Below are positions 22,482-33,476 of a DNA stretch of 49,681 nt, piece after piece. Each line of letters opens with the position of its first letter. Within the stretch, counting starts at the first letter, position 1. The notes beneath the pieces are model-generated. The model saw only the letters and a list, made by a program, of their open reading frames with translations, was not told the DNA's origin and did not search any database. The DNA is taken from the NCBI GenBank assembly GCA_013416795.1, contig RQSC01001108.1, forward strand, positions 1 to 49,681. Direction: 5' to 3'. A program made the position numbers and the translations under genes. The DNA is from Prasinococcaceae sp. CCMP 1430 (lineage: Eukaryota > Plantae > Prasinodermophyta).

Positions 22482-23111
22482 ATGCCGAGCGCCAATGACA
22501 GGCTCATGGAGCAGATTTTCCAGCTGAAGTTCACCACCAAGCAGCTCGCGCGCTCGGCCAAGAAGGCGGAGAAGGACGAGAAGGCGGAGAAGAACAAGGT
22601 GAAGAAGGCCATCGAGAAGGGGAACGTGGACGGCGCGCGCATCCACGCGCAGAACGCCATTCGCAAGAAGAGCGAGCAGCTCAACTACTTGCGGCTGAGC
22701 AGCCGCCTGGACGCCGTCGCCAGCCGCCTCGACACGCAGGCCAAGATGAACGCCGTCGGCAAGAACATGGCGAGCATCGTCAAGACGCTCGACCGCGCGC
22801 TCAAGGCGCAGAACCTCGAGCAAATCAGCACGACCATGGACACCTTCGAGCGCCAGTTCGAGGACCTCGACGTGCGCACGGACTTCATGGAGACCGCCAT
22901 GAACAACACGACCGCCGGCGCCACGCCCGAGGACCAGGTGAACCTGCTCATGCAGGAGGTGGCCGAGGAGCACCAGCTCGACCTCTCCGCGCAGCTCGCG
23001 CAGGAGGGGGCCGTGCCGGGCGCGCCCGTCGCCGCGCCCGCGCAGCCCGCGCAAGCCGAGGCCGCGGACGACCTGTCGGGCAGGCTGGCGGCGCTGCGCG
23101 GGGGCAGCTGA
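22482..23111 (+). CDS. CHMP1: ESCRT-III subunit CHMP1/VPS46 (DID2), single exon
   Basis: IFQLKFTTKQL...GARIHAQNAIRKK...LRLSSRLDAVASRL...FERQFEDLDV...LSGRLAALR (MIM1 motif). Confidence 0.95.
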   Translation: MPSANDRLMEQIFQLKFTTKQLARSAKKAEKDEKAEKNKVKKAIEKGNVDGARIHAQNAIRKKSEQLNYLRLSSRLDAVASRLDTQAKMNAVGKNMASIVKTLDRALKAQNLEQISTTMDTFERQFEDLDVRTDFMETAMNNTTAGATPEDQVNLLMQEVAEEHQLDLSAQLAQEGAVPGAPVAAPAQPAQAEAADDLSGRLAALRGGS

Positions 23112-23628
23112 TGCCGCAGCATGACAGTGGNNNNNNNNNNNNNNNNNNNNNNNNNNNNNNNNNNNNNNNNNNNNNNNNNNNNNNNNNNNNNNNNNNNNNN
23201 NNNNNNNNNNNNNNNNNNNNNNNNNNNNNNNNNNNNNNNNNNNNNNNNNNNNNNNNNNNNNNNNNNNNNNNNNNNNNNNNNNNNNNNNNNNNNNNNNNNN
23301 NNNNNNNNNNNNNNNNNNNNNNNNNNNNNNNNNNNNNNNNNNNNNNNNNNNNNNNNNNNNNNNNNNNNNNNNNNNNNNNNNNNNNNNNNNNNNNNNNNNN
23401 NNNNNNNNNNNNNNNNNNNNNNNNNNNNNNNNNNNNNNNNNNNNNNNNNNNNNNNNNNNNNNNNNNNNNNNNNNNNNNNNNNNNNNNNNNNNNNNNNNNN
23501 NNNNNNNNNNNNNNNNNNNNNNNNNNNNNNNNNNNNNNNNNNNNNNNNNNNNNNNNNNNNNNNNNNNNNNNNNNNNNNNNNNNNNNNNNNNNNNNNNNNN
23601 NNNNNNNNNNNNNNNNNNNNNNNNNNNN

Positions 23629-23772
23629 GCCGCGGCGCTCGCCGCGTGCGCCCCCGCAGGCGCGGCCGCCACCTCGCCACCGGTGACGCTGCGGCAGCGC
23701 AACGACGCCGTCGAGGCCGTGCGAGCGCTCGGGGCGGGTGGGCTGCTCGCAAAGCTGCGAGAGGGCCGATGA
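23629..23772 (+). CDS. 3' end of an unidentified gene, the rest lying in the gap
   Basis: A coding-like frame ...VTLRQRNDAVEAVRALGAGGLLAKLREGR* emerges from the N-gap. Confidence 0.3.
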   Translation, partial: AAALAACAPAGAAATSPPVTLRQRNDAVEAVRALGAGGLLAKLREGR

Positions 23773-24017
23773 CGCCGGTGGCGCGTGCGCGCGCGCCGTA
23801 CTAAGTCGACCGCGCGTACGTACCAGTGTGAGAGCGATGGCCGCGCAGCGCGCACATTCATGTGGCCGCGGCGCGCCTCAGGATGCGCGTGCCGAGCGCG
23901 CGCGCCCGCGTGTGTGGGATCGCGAGTGTGCGCGCGCGTGTGGGTGCGGATGCGTGCCTTACATCGGCGGGCGCCAGGCGCTCTCCACGGTCGCAACGCG
24001 CACCGCTGCGCGCTCAG

Positions 24018-25520
24018 TCAGAAGCGCCAGCCCGCGAAGGCGTCCTCGCGCGCTGCGGCCGCCGCCGCGTCGCCCTCGCCGCGGTCCGCGTCGCCCTCGC
24101 CGTCATCGCCGCCGCCCTTGCCGCCGCCATCCCCGAGGCCGCCCCCGGCGACCAGCCCGGGGGGGAAGACCTCCGCCGGGCGCTCGGCGTAGAACGCCAC
24201 CGGCACTTGCTTGAGCTTGCGCGCGGCCTCCTCCTGCAGCATGGAGCGGTACGACGCCGTGGCGAACTCGCCCACGGGCACGTCGGAGAACACCTTGTCG
24301 CGGCGGGACATGTCCGCCTCGAGCATCGCCGTGGCGCGCGCCACCAGCGGGCACACGTGCGCGCGCAGCGAGGCGAGCTCCCACAGCGAGCTGCCCTGCG
24401 CGCGCGCGAGCAGCGGCTGGTCCGTGGCGTGGTCGTACGGGTCCTCGCCGCCGCCGCCCGCACCGCCGCCCTGCCGCTCGCCCTCGCCGCCGCCCCCGTC
24501 GCCCTCACCACCCCCTGCATCTTCGCCGCCGCCACCGCCCGCGTCGGGCGCGTTCTCGCCGCGGCCCGTTGGCGCGCGCGACTTGCGCCGCTTCTTCTTC
24601 CTGCCGCCCTCCGTTGCGGCCTCCGCCTGCGTGCGCGTTTGTACGCGTGTGCGCGCGTGGGGTTTCGCATGTGCGCATGTGTGGTCAGGTGGATGCTCGT
24701 GTCAACACGTATGCGCATCCACGTGCGCGCTTGTGTGTGTCCGCGTGCGCGGGCGCACGTGCGCCGCGGACGCGCACCCCGCACCTCGGCCTCCGCCGCC
24801 GCCGCCGCCTCGGCCGCCGCCTTCGCCGCGTCCACGCCGCAGCTGCCGAGCATCTCCGCCATGGGCCCCGAGTCCGGCAGTAGGTCGGTCGTCTTGGCAG
24901 CCGCGGCGTCACGGTGCAGCAGCGGCGCCAGCGGCGGGTGGCGGCGCACGAGGTTGTGCACGAGCGCCACGCACGCCGAGGCGCCCCACGGCGGCGCCGA
25001 GAGCGCCAGCCGCGCGAGCCGCTTGGCGAAGGCCGCCGCGAGGTACGCGGGGAGCAGCGGGGAGAGCAGCACAGTGTTGAGCAGCTCCAGGAATTGCCCG
25101 CGGTGGCGCGCCACCAGCGCCTGCGGCGTGAGAAGCGCGTAGAGCTTGTCGTAGAAGCGCGGGTACTCGAGGCCGTGGCGCGTCATGAGGAGGAAGAGCG
25201 CGTTGAGCGCCAGCACGGCGACGAGCCCCCCCTTGCCGTAGGCGTCGGTCAGGAAGTCGGCGAGCAGCGTCGGGTTGGGCACGTGCGGCACGACGCGCGT
25301 GTGCAGCGTCGCCAGAGCCGCGCGGTACATCCCCCGCGGCAGCGGCGCGCACGACAGCAGCGACAGCCACGCCGCGGCGAACGCCGCGCGCCGAGCCTTG
25401 CACGACGCCCACTTGGGCATCGCTGCCGACGCCCCACCCCGCGGCGCGGCGGAGAACGCCGTCGCCGCCGCGGCTGCCGCGGCCTCGGCATCCGCAGGGG
25501 GCGGCGGCAGCGCGTAGCTC
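24018..25520 (-). CDS. NOC4: Nucleolar complex protein 4 (CBF/Mak21 domain), apparently lacking the N-terminal region; intron 24784..24627
   Basis: Motifs AWLSLL, PNPTLLADFLTDAY, GLEYPRFYDKLYALL, LPAYLAAAFAKRLARLAL and ARAQGSSLWEL. The first in-frame ATG is at 25420. Confidence 0.88.
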
Positions 25521-25661
25521 GCAGCTCGCAGCTTTCGCGCCGCCGGCGGGCGTCGCGCGCGCGCCAAAAGTGAACAACGGAGGAGTGGCCGCCGCCCCGA
25601 TCTTACGACGCCGCGCGGCGATCGACCAGCCGCCGCCGCCCGCGCGCACACGAGGGGCCGC

Positions 25662-27456
25662 TCAGAGCCGCAGCCCCGCGATGTCGGCCCGCAACCTGTC
25701 GAGCAGAGCGTCCACGCCCGCGTCGCCGGCCTTCTTGAGCAGGTCGGCGTGCGCCTTCTGCTGCTTGCCGAACTCCTTGGCGAGGCTCTTCAGCTGGGAC
25801 TTGTTGAGCTCGTCGCCCGAGGCGAGCGCGGTGGGCACGCCGCGCTCGTCCCACGCCGAGTACTTCTCTCGCGCGGCGGGACTCTGGAAGAGCGCCTCGG
25901 GCGCCACGGCGGCCGCCTCGGACTTGGCGAGCTCCTTCTCCAGCAGCGCGAGCTTGTTGGCGCGCTTCTTGGCGGCGGCGGTCGCCGCCGCCTCCTTCTT
26001 CTCGCGGATCTCGCGCTGGAGCTCGGCGGGGTCGTCCATCTTCCACAGGGAGGGCGCGCCCGAGCGGTCCTCCACGCGCACGCCCAGCTCGGCCATGGCG
26101 CCGTCGCGCAGCGCGTCGCACGCCGCCAGCAGCTCGCCGGCCGACGCGCCCTTGCGCGCGAGCTCGCGCACGGCGTCGCGGAAGGCCACGGCGGCCGACA
26201 CGTAGGGCGCGGCGGCCGCCTCGGCGCTCGCGGCGCTGCCGGCGCCGCCCGCGCTGCCGAAGCCCACCTCGTCGTTCCCCGCCACCAGGCCGAACACCCG
26301 CAGGATCGACGTGACGTACGCCGCCGCGCGGCGCAGCACCAGCACGCGCGGCGCGGTGGCCGCCGCGAGGTACTTGTTGGCGACGCCCACCAGATCGAGC
26401 AGCGCGCCGATCGCGCCGGCGGTGTCGATGTTGTCGCACAGCGCCGCGTGCACGCCGCGCTGCGCGGCGCCGAGCGCCTCGTGCAGCTCGCGGTCCTCCG
26501 CGCGCCACGCCTGCGCCTGCGCCGCCCAGTCCTTGCGCATCTCGGCCTTGACCGCGCCGAAGAAGTTCTTGAAGGCCGCCTCCTTGGCCTTGGCGTCGCC
26601 CATGACCTGGTCCGAGTACATGCACGCCTTGTCCCACGGCTGCAGCAGGAACATGAGCCGCAGCTGGCGCGCCGAGTGCTCCTGCAGCGCCTGCTTGATG
26701 GTGACGAAGTTCTTGAGGCTCTTGGACATCTTGAGGCCGCGGATGTGCAGGTGGCCCGCGTGCAGGAAGTAGTTCACCCACTGCTGGGTGTCGTGGAACG
26801 CCTCCGACTGCGCCATCTCGTTGTCGTGGTGCGGGAACATGAGGTCCGACCCACCCGCGTGGATGTCCATGTTGTCGCCGATGATGTCCGACGCCATCAC
26901 CGAGCACTCGATGTGCCAGCCAGGCCTGCCCTGGCCCCACGGCGAGGGCCATGCCGGCTCGCCGCGCTTGGAGTTCTTCCAGAGCGCGAAGTCGTTGGGC
27001 GAGCGCTTCTCGGTGGCCGCCGCCGCCACGCCCAGCGCGCCCTCGCCCTCCGCCATCTCCTTGGCGCTGGTGCCCGCGCCGCCCACCGCCGGCACGAGCT
27101 TGCGGTAGTCGTGCGACCCCTTGAAGGCCGCCGTGTCGAAGTACACGCTGCCGTTGGACTCGTACGCGAACCCCCGCTCCACCACGCGCTCGATGAAGCT
27201 CACCACCTGCGGCACGTACTCGGTGACGCGCGTGAGCACGTCGGGGGGCTCCACGCCCAGCGCCTCGAGGTCCGCCAGGAACTCCTTCTCGTAGTAGCGC
27301 GCGTGGCGCTCGAACACCTCGTGGTCGGTCACCGTCTCGCCGAGCTCAGCGTCGAGCCGCTCGGCGAGCGCGTCGCGCGCCGCCTCGAGCGCGGCGTCCG
27401 CCGTCGCCGCGGCCTCCGCCGTCGCCGCCGCCGCGTCCGCCTGCTCGCACTTCATC
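25662..27456 (-). CDS. CARS1: Cytosolic-type cysteinyl-tRNA synthetase, C-terminal ~3/4 only (no HIGH-motif region)
   Basis: Motifs [60 protein letters not shown] and KMSKS, followed by the anticodon-binding and C-terminal domains. Confidence 0.93.
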
Positions 27457-27516
27457 ACCAAGCTGAATGGAGCAGCTCTCGATGTGTGCGCGCGGCCGCC
27501 GCCGCCGCCGCGCGCC

Positions 27517-28239
27517 ATGGGCGGCTCCATCCGGCGCCACCGGCGCAACCGCACCTCCAAGGTGCGCGTGGGCATCAAGAAGAACCCGCACAAGGAGAAG
27601 GTCGTCGCCATCGGCGACCACGTTGCCGAGTTCGACAACAAGGTGGGGGACACGCGCGTGCGCGTGCGCGCGAGCTGCGTGTGCGTGCGTGTGTGCGTGT
27701 GTGCGTGCGTGCGCGCGCACGCGCGTGCGTGTGCACGCTCGTGAGCAGTCGCTCCGGAAGGAGCGAGCGCATGAGGATGTTTGAGGTGCCTGCACTTACA
27801 CGCACACACACACACGCACAAACACACACACACACGCACACACGCGCGCACGCGCGCACACACACACGCACACACACACACACACCTGCACGCCCACGCG
27901 CCCGCGCGCGCGCAGAAGCGCACTCTCATCGAGAACTACGCGGGCGCGCGCCTGGCGACGACGGTGAACGGCCCCGCGGGCGTGCCCAAGGGCGCGCACG
28001 GCCGCGCGCCGCCCGTCGCCGCGCCCGAGCACGACGGCGCCGAGCTCGAGCTCGAGCCGGACCACGTCTTCGGGCCGGACGCCGACGCCGTCACCAAGCG
28101 AGAGATGGCCAAGGTGCTCAACAAGGTGCGTGGCGCGCGCGCGTGCGCGTGAGCGTGTGCTTGTGTTTGTGCGTTTATGTGCGCGTGCGTGTAGGCGGGT
28201 GCGCGGCGCCTTCGCTCGCAACGTCGCGCAGGCGATTGA

Positions 28240-28294
<55 letters not shown>

Positions 28295-28627
28295 GCACGC
28301 ACGCACACACGCACGCACGCACACACGCACGCACGCACGCACACGCAATCGCCCGCACAGAACGCCGGCGCGGAGGGCGAGGGCCGCCACGTGGCGCCCC
28401 TGACGTCCCGCCAGAAGCGCGTGGTGGCGGCGCTGGTGGAGGCGCACGGCGACGACTACGCGGCGATGGCGCGCGACCTGCGGCGCAACCCGCTGCAGCA
28501 CACCCCCGCCAAGCTGCGCGGCCTCTGCCTGAGCTACGCGGCCACCAAGCACCAGACCATCGGCCTGGGCGGCGCGAGGCCCACGAGGGCGCAGCGCACC
28601 ACCTTCCACCCGCAGAGGCGGTTCTGA
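27517..28627 (+). CDS. NOP16: Ribosome biogenesis protein Nop16; exons 27517..27642, 27916..28125, 28361..28627
   Basis: MGGSIRRHRR..., FDNK|KRTLIENY and the signature EAHGDDYAAMARDLRRNPLQHTPAKL. Both introns are phase 0. Confidence 0.9.
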
Positions 28628-28803
28628 GGGGCGGGCGGGCGGCCGTGCGCGCGCGCGCGTGCGTGCGTGCGTGCGTGAATGCGTGCGCGCGCGCCTGTAA
28701 TGTTCGGCGTCGGGCGGCGCGCGGCTTGTTGTACTGCTGGTGCAAAGCACGCGCACGCGCGCATACACGCACACACACACGCACACACACACGCACACAC
28801 ACA

Positions 28804-28861
<58 letters not shown>

Positions 28862-29367
28862 CACATACACACGCTCTCGGCGTCGTCGCCTTCGCCCGGC
28901 GCGGCAGCAGCCGCCGCCGCCGCCGCGCCCGCCACGCTGCTTCGCCTCCAAGTGAACCCTCCCCTTAACCTCAAATCCGAATCGTTCGCGTGCTGGGTAG
29001 GCGCCCACATCAACATTGATTTCAGCCATCAAAATCGACGAAACCTAAACCTCCCGCGGGGTCTCCCCGCAGAGGGACGCACTGTGCGCACGGCAGCAAA
29101 TCTGCACGCGCGAGGGCGACCGCGGGTCAAAATCAACGTGCGTTGGGCGGATGGGATCCCACGTCAGAACGCATTCGGAGCGCTCGGGTCTTCGAGGCGC
29201 ACGTCAAAAGCCAGGGCGCGTTGCCGAATGCAATGCCACGTCAGAATGCATTCAGAGTTTCAAAGCGCGCGCGCGCGCGCGCGCGCGGGGTGCCACAGCG
29301 CGCGCGCGTGGGTGTGGGTGTCCCCCCACCCCCCTCTGGCGCCGGGGGTGCTTCTCTCGCGCGCGGT

Positions 29368-31492
29368 ATGGCGTCGACGGCGGCCGCCGTCGCGAGGTGC
29401 GCAAAAACATTTTTGGGGAGAATTATGATACAGCCGTGCTTGTGTGCGAGGCGATTAGGACGCCTGCGCGTGGGAATGTGGGCTTGTTGTTGTTTCGGGC
29501 GCGTAGGCATTCGCGCGCGTGCGTGCGGGCGATGACGTGCTGCGTTGAGCCACGCACGCACGCACGCGCTATCGTGGATTGNNNNNNNNNNNNNNNNNNN
29601 NNNNNNNNNNNNNNNNNNNNNNNNNNNNNNNNNNNNNNNNNNNNNNNNNNNNNNNNNNNNNNNNNNNNNNNNNNNNNNNNNNNNNNNNNNNNNNNNNNNN
29701 NNNNNNNNNNNNNNNNNNNNNNNNNNNNNNNNNNNNNNNNNNNNNNNNNNNNNNNNNNNNNNNNNNNNNNNNNNNNNNNNNNNNNNNNNNNNNNNNNNNN
29801 NNNNNNNNNNNNNNNNNNNNNNNNNNNNNNNNNNNNNNNNNNNNNNNNNNNNNNNNNNNNNNNNNNNNNNNNNNNNNNNNNNNNNNNNNNNNNNNNNNNN
29901 NNNNNNNCCGGCGCGCCGCGGCGCGCGGGAGGCGCGCCTGGGGGCGGTGTGCGCTTCGACGGCGGGCGCGGCAGCACATCCTTCGCATCTCCGTCCCTCC
30001 CGCCGCGCAAGCACGTCGCCAAGGCCGCAGGCAGTCGCAGCAGTGGCGGAGGTGGCGAATACGGTGGATACGGCGGCGGCAGTGGCGGCGGCGGTGGGTA
30101 CAGTGGCGGCAGCGGCGGCAGCAGCGGCGGCAGCGGCGGCGGCGGCAGCGGCGGCGGCGGCGGCGGCGACGAATTCAAGGTCCCGCGCCTGTCCCTCGCC
30201 GTGCTGGCCGCATTCGCGGGCGGCTTCTACTACGCGTTCAAGCGTTTCGTGTCTGAGCCCCTGAAGCTCAAGGAGGAGGAGGAAGCCAAGGCCGCCGAGG
30301 CCGCCAAGGCGGCGGCGGCCGCCGCCGCCGCCGCTGCGGCCGCGGCAGCCGCTGCTGAGGCTCCCCCGCCTCCACCGGCGTTGGCGACTGCGCCGGCCCC
30401 TGAAGTTAAGGCCGAGGACGTCGTCGAAGTCACCGATGAGCCGACAGACACGCCTCTTCCCGTGGTGTACGAGGATCTGGATGAGGAGGACGAAGACCCT
30501 GTCGTCATCTTCAAGTCGCTCAACGAGTCCTACGACGCTGTCGGAGGCAAGTTCAAGATCGTGTCCAAGGCGACGCTGCGCGGCGGCCACGCGCTGACGG
30601 TGACGGGGCTCGCGAATGTCACCTCCATCCGTAACGGCGCGCTCATCGATGGCCTGTCCTTGCCGAGCGCGTCGCTGAAGCACAACGGGAGCGGTGTGGA
30701 AGGTTCGGTAGACTTGGGCAAGAACAAGGTGTCCCTGAAGCTGCCGTTGATCGAATCCAAGACGCCCAAGCTCGACGCGCACGCCACGTTCGAGGTGAGT
30801 CCCCCCTCTGCTCCCCCTTCTTTCCTTTGCCCCAGCACGCCACCACCGTGTGTTGCTCGCGGGCTTTGCCGTGCGCGCGCGCGCGCACGCAGCGCAGCGC
30901 TGACCCGGCCTGCCTCCGCTTGCGCTTTTTGCGGCCCTTGGTGCAGAGCGGGAAAGGGCTGCCGACGCTCGACGCCAAGTATATCGTGGGTGATGAGGCG
31001 CCCGAGCTGCTTGAGGGCGCGTCGGTGAAGGCGACGTTTGATGCGGCGAGCAAGAAGGCTAGCCTCAAGACCGAGATGAAGCACGAGGCCGAGCTGGCTG
31101 GGTACGACGCGGACCTCGTCTACAAGCTTGAAAGCGTCGTCAAGGACGGCGCCTCCAAGGGTGGCCTCGCGATGGCCGCCGACCTGGACGTCGTGCCCTC
31201 GGTGCGCCTCGCAGCCGCCCTTGGCACAATCAGCGGTGACAAGGAGGATGCGTGCGACGGCGGGGCGCGCCTCGCTGCCAGCGTGGCGCCGTACGATCCG
31301 CTCAACCTCAAGCTGACGGCGTCCATGATCGCCAACACGGAGGGCTCGCTCTACACCAAGCTGTCGGCCGAGAGCAGCGTCGAGGTGCCAGATGTGCTGG
31401 GCGGCATTCAGCTGGTCGCCATGGCCTCGATCGTGGGCATGGGCAAGGCCAAGGTCGACAAATTCAAGGTCGAGAAGACCTGGAAGTTTTAG
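29368..31492 (+). CDS. Probable plastid envelope protein: transit peptide, poly-Gly, hydrophobic segment, acidic linker and OEP24-like beta-barrel; exons 29368..29396, (gap)..30794, 30947..31492
   Basis: The C-terminal ~300 aa has amphipathic beta-strand patterning and ends KFKVEKTWKF*, resembling the OEP24 terminus. Intron 30795..30946 (GTGAGT...gtgcAG) is phase 0. Confidence 0.55.
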
Positions 31493-31718
31493 CTCCTGGG
31501 CCGGCCACACGCGCGCGCGCGCGCGATAGCTAAATCAAGCGAGCGATAGCGACGCACGCACCACTGGCGCGGAGGGTTGGGGGCATTCAAGCGCGCATGC
31601 GGTGCGCGGGGCTCTAGTGCCCCGTGCGTGTGCGCGCCGTGCCCCTGCCCGCGCGTGGCCGCACTCGCAGATGTTTCAATAACTATACAACAGTCACAGC
31701 TAAGCGGCGACGCGTCAA

Positions 31719-33038
31719 TCAGTCGCTCTCGTCGCCGCTGCTGCCTCCTTCCGCGTCCTCTTCGTACGAATACTCGTCGCCGGAGTCGGGCGCCACGCAG
31801 ATGAATTCGCCGGCGCGGATGTGTCGCATGGCGACGAGCGCGGTGCCAACCTCAGTTACCTCGCCGGTGAGCTCGTCCTCGTCCCACACGGCTGCGTACT
31901 CGGCGTTCGGGTTGGAAGCCGACATACCCACCTCGGCGCCCTCGGGCACGTCGGCGTCGCGCACGATTTCCTCGCCGGTCGAAAAGCTGCACTCGAACGC
32001 CAGCGTGCCGGCAGAGACATTGGTGAATTTGTCGGCGGCCGCGATTGCGGCGAGCGCACCGTCCTGGCCGCCGCATTCGCCCCACAGGAAGAAGTCGCGC
32101 GCGTACGAGACCGACAGCGCCGTGTCAGTCACGGGCAGCTCTGTGGCGTGTAACCACCGCCTCGTGTCCACCAAGAGCACGTCCCCCTCCTTGCAGTCGA
32201 TGCGCAGGCGGCGTGTGCCGTCGGCGCCCACCTCTGTATTGGGCACGCCCTCCGCGACGGCTTCCGCCACCTCGTGGAGCGCCGGCGGTACGCTCCCGAG
32301 CTCCTCCCACGCCTCATCCCCCGCGGGCCGCAATCGCCATGTCTTGGTTCCCGACACCTGCACGTGGAACGTTCCGCTCTGGCTGACGGCGTCGGTGTGC
32401 TCCGCGCGGCCGCGCAGCGGAGCGCCGGCCGCACTTGTCGCGCACGTCCTGCGGCGTTTGGGCCCGCGCGCACGCGAGGCGCTCACACCACCGCCTCTGC
32501 TATCGGCCTCTCTCGCCCTGGGCGCCTCGCCAGCCGAGCCGATGAAAATCCACAGCGGCTCGCTATGTTCGGCGCCAGAGGCGCGCAGCGCGTCCGGAAC
32601 GGCCGCAGCCGCGGCGCCGACGCGCGCCGCTGCGCCCCCGTTCAGGACCGTGCTCACGTAGAAGCGAGCGGGTATTGCTGCGCTTGCAGCCGTGTCTGCC
32701 CCACGGCGCGCGAGCGACCCCAGAAGCGCGTGTGCGCTGAGGTCTGCCGCCCCGCCCAGTCTGCATCCTGGTGAGGCGGCCCCATCGTCGCTCTCGTGGC
32801 CGTCGCCGCCGTCCTCATCGCTGCCTCCGCCCTCCCTATCGCCACGGCGGTCGAGCCCTTCGTTCTCAACTGTCCACTCCGCATCGGCCGCATCCGCCTC
32901 ATCAGCAGCCGCGCGCAGCAGCTCTGCGAGCGCCCCGGCGCCCCCACGCGCGCGCGCGCCGCCACGCAGCAGGAGCAACCGGTGCCGCTCGAACGCGCCC
33001 CAGGCTCCGCCCGTGGGAGCGCGCTCCGCAGGCGGCAT
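31719..33038 (-). CDS. JmjC/cupin-like Fe(II)/2-oxoglutarate oxygenase with a C-terminal degenerate SET-like segment
   Basis: Motifs WIFIGS, GRAEHTD (HxD), VQVSGTKTWRL, EGDVLLVDTRRWLHAT (distal His). The tail SASNPNAEY...ALVAMRHIRAGEFICV resembles the C-terminal SET motifs. Confidence 0.8.
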   Translation of the reverse strand: MPPAERAPTGGAWGAFERHRLLLLRGGARARGGAGALAELLRAAADEADAADAEWTVENEGLDRRGDREGGGSDEDGGDGHESDDGAASPGCRLGGAADLSAHALLGSLARRGADTAASAAIPARFYVSTVLNGGAAARVGAAAAAVPDALRASGAEHSEPLWIFIGSAGEAPRAREADSRGGGVSASRARGPKRRRTCATSAAGAPLRGRAEHTDAVSQSGTFHVQVSGTKTWRLRPAGDEAWEELGSVPPALHEVAEAVAEGVPNTEVGADGTRRLRIDCKEGDVLLVDTRRWLHATELPVTDTALSVSYARDFFLWGECGGQDGALAAIAAADKFTNVSAGTLAFECSFSTGEEIVRDADVPEGAEVGMSASNPNAEYAAVWDEDELTGEVTEVGTALVAMRHIRAGEFICVAPDSGDEYSYEEDAEGGSSGDESD

Positions 33039-33476
33039 GCCGGGCGAGCGCGCAGGTGGTGCCACACCGCACTAGCTCCCCACCCCTCCATCTACCCCCT
33101 CGCCCCGCGCGGCGCCGCCGGCCCACAGCGCGCGCGCGCTGCTCGGCACCGAGGCGGCGGCGATAGACCCTGATACCAGAGGCGTTTCTAACCCCAAATA
33201 CTCCCCAAAAAGTCCGTGAAAAAGCAGGAGCGCTCACGTCGCTCAGAGCTCAACCGAAACCCAAATCCCCCTCAAATACGAAGCCCGCTCCCGTCGGGCG
33301 CGGGCGTCGATTTTGATTTTGATTTTTATTTTGATTTTTATTTTTTGATTTCGTACGGATAACGCTATCAAAGCGGGTGCGGGCTCGGGGGCGCGAGAAA
33401 AAAAACGCGCGCGGGGCGCGCGCGGCGACAGGTGCGGATTGACCTGCATGGGCCAGGAAAAAAAAAAAAACGGCGG

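Noticed and set aside
25749-28403. 884-aa plus-strand ORF
   Set aside because: It is antisense to CysRS and reads through NOP16 introns, with no domain content.
28860-29580. Possible location of the missing CysRS 5' exon beyond NOP16
   Set aside because: No GPTVYD/HIGH-like sequence is present on the minus strand; the region holds a promoter and the first exon of the plus-strand envelope protein gene.
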